From a virus: a stretch of 64,000 nt of DNA. Location of the stretch: positions 33,581-97,580 of IMG/VR virus record IMGVR_UViG_3300017917_002969; one strand, given 5' to 3'. The notes beneath the pieces are model-generated. The model was not told the origin of the DNA, did no database searches, and worked only from the letters and a program-made list of their open reading frames with translations. Shown one piece after another: positions 58,581 through 64,000 of the stretch; position 1 is the stretch's first letter; each line of letters opens with the position of its first letter. A program made the translations under genes and the position numbers.

Positions 58581-59093
58581 ATGGCTAAAAAAAGTTCAAA
58601 TAAATTAGCTGATGCATCTAAAGAGATGTTTAAAAAGACAATAAAACAAGCTAGTGAAATTGGTAAGGGGATTGATGGAAGTATTGGAAAAATATACGAT
58701 AGTGAAGCAAATAAAGATTTAATTTACTACGAACCAAAAAAGAATAATAGATGGGTTCTTGATTTTCCGTCTGAACTTAACATACCAAACTGGGTGGTTA
58801 AAAATATAGATAGACCAGCATATCCCTTTAATAGTGGAGAAATGGTTCATATTTCATTATACGACCCTATTGTTCCATCTACTACTAAATCAATTGTTAA
58901 ATTTTTAGAAAATCAAAAACCATTTACATTTACTTTAAATATATTGGACCCAACTGGTATTGTTGTTGAAAAATGGGAATTTAGTGGATGCTTAATAACA
59001 AATGTTAGGTGGTCAGATTTAGGATATGATGACGATTCCCCAAGCACTTTATTAGTTGGAATAACATATAGCAAAATAAAGATTAATGAATAA
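58581..59093 (+). CDS. Second tail tube-like paralogue with N-terminal extension
   Basis: YEPKKNNRW, LYDPI, LDPTGIVVEKW. Confidence 0.8.
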   Translation: MAKKSSNKLADASKEMFKKTIKQASEIGKGIDGSIGKIYDSEANKDLIYYEPKKNNRWVLDFPSELNIPNWVVKNIDRPAYPFNSGEMVHISLYDPIVPSTTKSIVKFLENQKPFTFTLNILDPTGIVVEKWEFSGCLITNVRWSDLGYDDDSPSTLLVGITYSKIKINE

Positions 59094-60348
59094 TAGACCA
59101 AACGTTATCCCTACAAAGGAACAAAAAGAAGCTGCTGAAGAAAGAAATAAATTAGCAGAATTTGAGGCTGAGAAAGCTCAGGCGACACAAGAAATTTACA
59201 CCAACGCTAAATTTTCACAAGATTTATCAAATAATCATGTGGATGCTGTTGAGTTAATGAGAAGAAGGACAGAAGCACAACTTCAGATGAAAAAAGAAGT
59301 TGGTATTGTTCAAGACCAATTTTATGCTGAACAGAAACCAACAAGACCATTGACAAAAAATGAAGAAGAAATCATTGAGATTAGGAAGAGAGCTGAAGAA
59401 CAAATAAAAGTTCGTGATGAGTTGATGGCCAGAAACGCTGAACAAATACAAAAAAATCAAAAACAAACTGAAGAAGTATCAGTAAAAAAAGAGATACCAA
59501 AATATATGCAAACAACACCAAGTTCACCAAATCAACAACAAAATAAGGTTGTTGAAAATTACGGAAAAAATCCGTCTAATATTAATCCTTATATTGTTGA
59601 ATTAAGTCAACCAAACTTTAATTCTCCATTTGATGTGATACCGTTGCCTTCTGAGGGTAAGCTTTATGGTATGAAAAAACCTAGTGTTAGAGTATCGTTT
59701 ATGACAACTGCTGATGAAAATATCCTTACAAGTCCTAATTTGCTTAAGAGTGGACAATTTTTACCAATTTTAATTAATAGAAAATTGTTAGAACCAGAAA
59801 TAAGATATACTGATTTACATATTGGTGATAGGAATGCAATCATGATTTGGTTAAGGGCTACTGGTTATGGTGAAATGTATCCAGTAACCATGCTTGATGA
59901 AAATAATGAAGTGTTTGAAACTGAAATAAATCTTAATGATTTAAAATACAAGAAATTAGGTGCTGAACCAGATGCTGAAGGATTATTTGATTTCAGATTT
60001 CCATTATGCAAAGCTGTTATTAAATTTAAACTATTAACTTGTGGTGATGTAGATGATATTGAAAGTAGAATTGAGGCTGAAAAGGAAGCTGAATTACCAG
60101 TCAATAATACTTCAACTTATATGTTAGAAAAACAGATTGTAGAAATCAATGGTTCTAGGGATAGAAACATTATCAAAGAATTTGCTAGCAATATCAGAAT
60201 TCGTGATGCAAAAGAATTTAAAGATTATGTTGAACAAATAGAAAGCGGAATCGACTTAAATATCGAGGTTAGGACTCCAGGGGGTGGTTCCATAAAAACC
60301 TTTCTTCCACTTAACATCAACTTTTTTTGGCCTAACTTCGGATTATAA
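59086..60348 (+). CDS. Tail assembly chaperone/baseplate hub assembly protein with coiled-coil N-terminal extension
   Basis: FDVIPLPSEGKLY, MTTADENIL, GDRNAIMIWLR..GYG, FFWP end; lies between tube and tape measure. Confidence 0.75.
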   Translation: MNNRPNVIPTKEQKEAAEERNKLAEFEAEKAQATQEIYTNAKFSQDLSNNHVDAVELMRRRTEAQLQMKKEVGIVQDQFYAEQKPTRPLTKNEEEIIEIRKRAEEQIKVRDELMARNAEQIQKNQKQTEEVSVKKEIPKYMQTTPSSPNQQQNKVVENYGKNPSNINPYIVELSQPNFNSPFDVIPLPSEGKLYGMKKPSVRVSFMTTADENILTSPNLLKSGQFLPILINRKLLEPEIRYTDLHIGDRNAIMIWLRATGYGEMYPVTMLDENNEVFETEINLNDLKYKKLGAEPDAEGLFDFRFPLCKAVIKFKLLTCGDVDDIESRIEAEKEAELPVNNTSTYMLEKQIVEINGSRDRNIIKEFASNIRIRDAKEFKDYVEQIESGIDLNIEVRTPGGGSIKTFLPLNINFFWPNFGL

Positions 60349-60607
60349 GATTCCTTTGTTAGAGGAAATTTATATCTGTATGCAACACCTTAAAGGGGTT
60401 AGTTATTCAGATGTAATGACAATGCCAACTTATGAAAGAAGATTTTTCTTAGGTTTGCTTACAAAAGATGCAAGAGAGCGAGAGGAAAAAATGGAGGAAA
60501 TGCGTCAGAATTACCAAAATAACAATGCTAGAGGAACCAAAACAACTCGTATAAGTGGTGATGCGCTTAAATCGAGATTTAATAGTGGTGATATATCTCT
60601 TCAGTAA
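60329..60607 (+). CDS. Downstream chaperone segment, probably reached by frameshift (track start TTG 60356)
   Basis: +1 frame open from 60296; reads FFGLTSDYKIPLLEEIY...SYSDVMTMPTYERRFF. Confidence 0.65.
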   Translation, partial: GLTSDYKIPLLEEIYICMQHLKGVSYSDVMTMPTYERRFFLGLLTKDAREREEKMEEMRQNYQNNNARGTKTTRISGDALKSRFNSGDISLQ

Positions 60608-60608
60608 T

Positions 60609-60633
60609 AAAATGCCCATTATTTGGGCATTTT
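60609..60633 (+). terminator. Probable intrinsic terminator
   Basis: AAAATGCCCA-TTATT-TGGGCATTTT. Confidence 0.7.
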
Positions 60634-60667
60634 TCTTTTATTGGATATTTATTTAAAAACAAATAAG

Positions 60668-61684
60668 ATGAAAATAATCGTTAACGAACGTCAATATAAT
60701 TTGATTAAAGAGTTTATCGAGGAGGTTAAAAAAAAATCATATCCTAGAGGGGTTATGGTTAAATTGGGTAGACACATTAACAATTTATTGGGGAATATTT
60801 CACAAGGGAAGGAAACTGAATTTATACTAGCTAATAATGTTAAAGTTGTTTTAAAATGTCTTAGTGACGATAATAACATTTATAAATTTCAAGTTATTGA
60901 AGATAAGAATAACATATTTGGTGGAGTAGTTAATTTAGCAATTGAAATAAATCCAGGTAATGGTGACCCAAATAGACCTGAAGATGAATATAATAAAAAT
61001 AGCAAAATAATAAAATCAGGTCAAAATCCAAACAACTATACTTTGGTATTTACTAAATTAGTTGGTTCAAAAAAAACTATTGAGTTACAAAATATTGTAA
61101 GTGCAAAAGTTGTCACAGAACCAGAAGAACCTCAACCAGAAGAACCAGAAGAACCACAAGAGCCTACTGATGATAAAACTAACGAAAAAGATTTAACATA
61201 TGATGCTAAGGCTGCGTATGATAGAATACTTAGTGACCCTAAATTAAAAGACGCTTTTTATAAACAACCAAGTTTTTGGGAATTATTTAAAGCTGAGTTA
61301 ACTGGTAAAAAACCTAAAGGTAGCGGAATAATAACAGCGTTAGATATTCTTGATAAGTATGATTTAAGACGTTATGATGAAACAATAGGTGCTAAATTTA
61401 TTCCAAACCAAAAAGTTACTATTAAATTTTTAGAAGATTATAAAATTAATTTTGATAAGAACAAAACAATTACTTTTGATAAAAATACTGAGTATACTTT
61501 AAAAGTAAGACCAAGAAAAAGCGGAAAACAAATTTTGGATGGTGCAAATTATTACATTGTAGTAAGTGGTGAAGTTAATGATGAAAATCTTCCAGATACT
61601 TTTTACACAGAAAGAGGGAGGATAAAATATAAGTTCACTGTTATAGAAGGAGAAAAATCACCTGGTTATAAACCAAAAATTTAA
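60668..61684 (+). CDS. Hypothetical protein, possible internal virion protein (start corrected to ATG 60668)
   Basis: MKIIVNERQYNLIKE start resembles the 56321 gene; ATATTTAT at 60645; PEEPQ linker. Confidence 0.65.
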   Translation: MKIIVNERQYNLIKEFIEEVKKKSYPRGVMVKLGRHINNLLGNISQGKETEFILANNVKVVLKCLSDDNNIYKFQVIEDKNNIFGGVVNLAIEINPGNGDPNRPEDEYNKNSKIIKSGQNPNNYTLVFTKLVGSKKTIELQNIVSAKVVTEPEEPQPEEPEEPQEPTDDKTNEKDLTYDAKAAYDRILSDPKLKDAFYKQPSFWELFKAELTGKKPKGSGIITALDILDKYDLRRYDETIGAKFIPNQKVTIKFLEDYKINFDKNKTITFDKNTEYTLKVRPRKSGKQILDGANYYIVVSGEVNDENLPDTFYTERGRIKYKFTVIEGEKSPGYKPKI

Positions 61685-61696
61685 ATTTAATAATGT

Positions 61697-64000
61697 ATGG
61701 CATTGTCTGATGAACAAAGGGAAATAATAAAAGCTTTAGAAAGAGAAGCTAAACTAAGAAGAGAAATTTCATCTAGTATTGAAAGCTATGTAGAAGCTGT
61801 TAAAGATTCTAAAAAACTTTCTGAAGAAATTGCAAACCTTAATAGATTAGAAGGCGAATATCAACAAAAAATTACGGCTAGTTTAGCAGCGGGTGACCAT
61901 CAAGCTTATATTGAAAATTTAAAAATAGTCTCAGCGTTACAAGAACAAAGCGCTTTATTAACTAAAAACAAAAAGATTTTAGATGACACCATAAAAAGTG
62001 TTGATAAATATAAGCTTTTAGTTGATAGAGGACTAACAAAAAGCATGATTGGTCTTGGTAAAGCCATATCTAATTTACCAAATATTGTTGAAGGCGGTTT
62101 AAATAAATTAAGAGGGTTTGGTTTGTTTGAAATGGATAAAGCAATTAGAACCACTGCTTTAAATATTGGTTTAGCTGGCAAGCAATCCGATGCATTAAGA
62201 GTTAATATTAAATCAGCAGCAGAGAATTCAATCATGTTTGGTGCTAATATGCAAGAAATTGCACAATATCAAGCGCAATATAGTGAAGAAACAGGTCGTG
62301 CATTAATGCTTGGTCAAAAAAGTTTAGAATCAATAGCTGAAATTGCTAAAGGAACTGGTTTGGGTTCTGAGGGTGCCGCACAAATGGCTGCAAGTTTTGA
62401 GCAACAAGGTATATCAGCTGAAAGAACCAAGGATTTTGTTGAAGCAGCAGTTAATAAGGCTGCAAAAATGGGTCTTAACTCTTCTAAGGTTATTAAGAAC
62501 ATGCAATCCAATATGAAATTATTGAACAGATATAATTTCAAAGGAGGTGTTAAAGGTCTTCAAAGAATGGCTGAGACAACAACCAAATTGGGAATTGATA
62601 TGGATTCTGTTTCTGGAATGGCTGATAAATTATTTGACATTGAAGGTGCTGTTGAAATGTCAGCTCAATTGCAGGTAATGGGTGGAGCATGGGCTCAAAT
62701 GAGCGACCCTTTTAAGTTGATGTATATGGCTCGTAATGATATGGCTGGTCTTACTGAAGAAGTCGCTAAAGCTGCTGCAACAACTGCTACATTTAATAGC
62801 AAAACTGGTGATTTTGATATTTCTGCTATGCAAATGAACATTCTTAGAAAAGTAGCAGAAGCTACTGGTGTATCTCTTGAAACTTTGACTACTGCTGCTA
62901 AGAATGCTGCTAAGTTTACAAAAATAAAAGGTCAAATATCATTTAATGCTGACCCAGAAAGTAAAGAATTTTTAGAGAATACTGCACAACTTGATAAAGA
63001 AGGTAAAGCGTATATTGAAATGGTTGTTGATGGAAAATCAACAAAAAGGTATCTAAATCAATTAGATAATACACAATTAAAAAATTTAATGGCTGAAGAT
63101 AAAAAACTTAAAGAGAGAGCAGAAGCTGCAATGACATTTGATGATACATTAAAAGCAGCAATTGATAGATTTAAAATGGCGTTATTACCATTGATTGAAA
63201 GTTTTGGTAAAGAAGGTGGGTTAATAGATGGTTTACAAAAGTTTATTAAAAAAGCAGAAACAGATGGTTGGTTTAAAAAAATTGGAGAATTTGCTGAAAC
63301 TGTTGGTAAATTAATAAACACAGTTGGTAAGTTTATTTTAGAGTGGCCTAGAGCAACATTAGGTTTATTATTATTACCAAAAGTTCTTGAATTGGCTTTT
63401 GGTGCATATAAGTGGTATGAATATGGTAAAATATTAGGACAAGGTTTTTTATCCACAACTGGTGGTGCTGGTGGTGCTGGTGGTTTTGGAACTAGAAATA
63501 TGTCTGCTATGAATCGAATGGGTTTAGGGACTATGGGTAAATTTGGTGCTAATTTTAAAGGGGCGCTAGGTTCAGCTGGAACAATTGCTGGTGGTGTTTT
63601 ATCTGGTGCTATAGGAGGATATAGTGAATATTCTGAACAAAAAGAAAAGGGTAAAACTACTTCAGAGGCAGTTGGTAGAGGTTTATTAAAAGGCGCTGGA
63701 GCTGGTCTTGGTGCTTGGGGAGGCGCTGCGGCTGGTGCTTCATTGGGGGCTTTTGGTGGGCCTTTAGCACCAGTTACTGTACCGTTAGGTGCATTGATAG
63801 GTGGTGGATTAGGAGCTTTGGGTGGAGGTTATTTTTCTGATTTAGATACATATGGTGTAAAAGACGGTATATTTGGTGGGACACAAAAAAGGGCGATAAT
63901 GCAAGGTGGTAGAATAACACCAATTGATAATAAAGATGACATACTTGCAATGAAACCTGGAGGTATTGTTGATAATATGATGAATAAAAACACTGGTCCA
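61697..64000 (+). CDS. Tape measure protein, partial (runs off window end)
   Basis: MALSDEQREIIKALERE... Ala-rich helical sequence then Gly-rich hydrophobic segments; position after the chaperone. Confidence 0.82.
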   Translation, partial: MALSDEQREIIKALEREAKLRREISSSIESYVEAVKDSKKLSEEIANLNRLEGEYQQKITASLAAGDHQAYIENLKIVSALQEQSALLTKNKKILDDTIKSVDKYKLLVDRGLTKSMIGLGKAISNLPNIVEGGLNKLRGFGLFEMDKAIRTTALNIGLAGKQSDALRVNIKSAAENSIMFGANMQEIAQYQAQYSEETGRALMLGQKSLESIAEIAKGTGLGSEGAAQMAASFEQQGISAERTKDFVEAAVNKAAKMGLNSSKVIKNMQSNMKLLNRYNFKGGVKGLQRMAETTTKLGIDMDSVSGMADKLFDIEGAVEMSAQLQVMGGAWAQMSDPFKLMYMARNDMAGLTEEVAKAAATTATFNSKTGDFDISAMQMNILRKVAEATGVSLETLTTAAKNAAKFTKIKGQISFNADPESKEFLENTAQLDKEGKAYIEMVVDGKSTKRYLNQLDNTQLKNLMAEDKKLKERAEAAMTFDDTLKAAIDRFKMALLPLIESFGKEGGLIDGLQKFIKKAETDGWFKKIGEFAETVGKLINTVGKFILEWPRATLGLLLLPKVLELAFGAYKWYEYGKILGQGFLSTTGGAGGAGGFGTRNMSAMNRMGLGTMGKFGANFKGALGSAGTIAGGVLSGAIGGYSEYSEQKEKGKTTSEAVGRGLLKGAGAGLGAWGGAAAGASLGAFGGPLAPVTVPLGALIGGGLGALGGGYFSDLDTYGVKDGIFGGTQKRAIMQGGRITPIDNKDDILAMKPGGIVDNMMNKNTGP

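Noticed and set aside
361-60879. Numerous 60-160 aa ORFs nested in or antisense to long genes
   Set aside because: No motifs, mostly non-ATG starts, and fully overlapping well-supported CDSs
61906-63456. Minus-strand ORFs listed in the track
   Set aside because: Antisense shadows of the plus-strand tape measure gene, which the track missed because it runs off the window
1-64000. Stop-codon reassignment, as in some Bacteroidota phages
   Set aside because: Genes are full-length and densely packed under the standard code; TAG and TGA terminate intact genes
1-64000. tRNA or rRNA genes
   Set aside because: Intergenic gaps are short and AT-rich; no cloverleaf or T-loop signature seen

Overview
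AT-rich 64-kb segment of a large (probably jumbo) myophage with T4-like structural modules. Host-type promoters (TTG-N20-TAnnTTTG) point to a Bacteroidota host. Left arm (1-26501, minus strand): a glycan-synthesis island (gmd, fcl, glf, about a dozen glycosyltransferases including two GT11 and one GT17-like, two methyltransferases), phoH, dUTPase, an HD-like protein, a stand-alone WYL-like protein, and an IMPDH/GMP-reductase gene fractured into two ORFs by a split intein with a free-standing Vsr/EDxHD-type endonuclease between them. Right arm (26563-64000, mostly plus strand): Ser/Thr/Gly-rich fibre proteins, family-B DNA polymerase, SNF2 helicase, glutaredoxin, neck proteins, tail sheath, two tail-tube paralogues, tail assembly chaperone and the start of the tape measure gene. 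The most interesting signals are: (1) a possible virion glycosylation system, pairing the glycan island with a strongly enriched [S/T]-[G/A]-x-T motif in exposed virion proteins; (2) the split intein, whose +1 residue is the enzyme's catalytic Cys; (3) a near-consensus chromosomal parS site; (4) a candidate +1/-2 frameshift in the tail chaperone; (5) an unannotated ribbon-helix-helix gene with operator-like boxes beside the sheath promoter; (6) an ATATTTAT motif upstream of many late genes. All assignments come from reading motifs by eye; no database searches were run.
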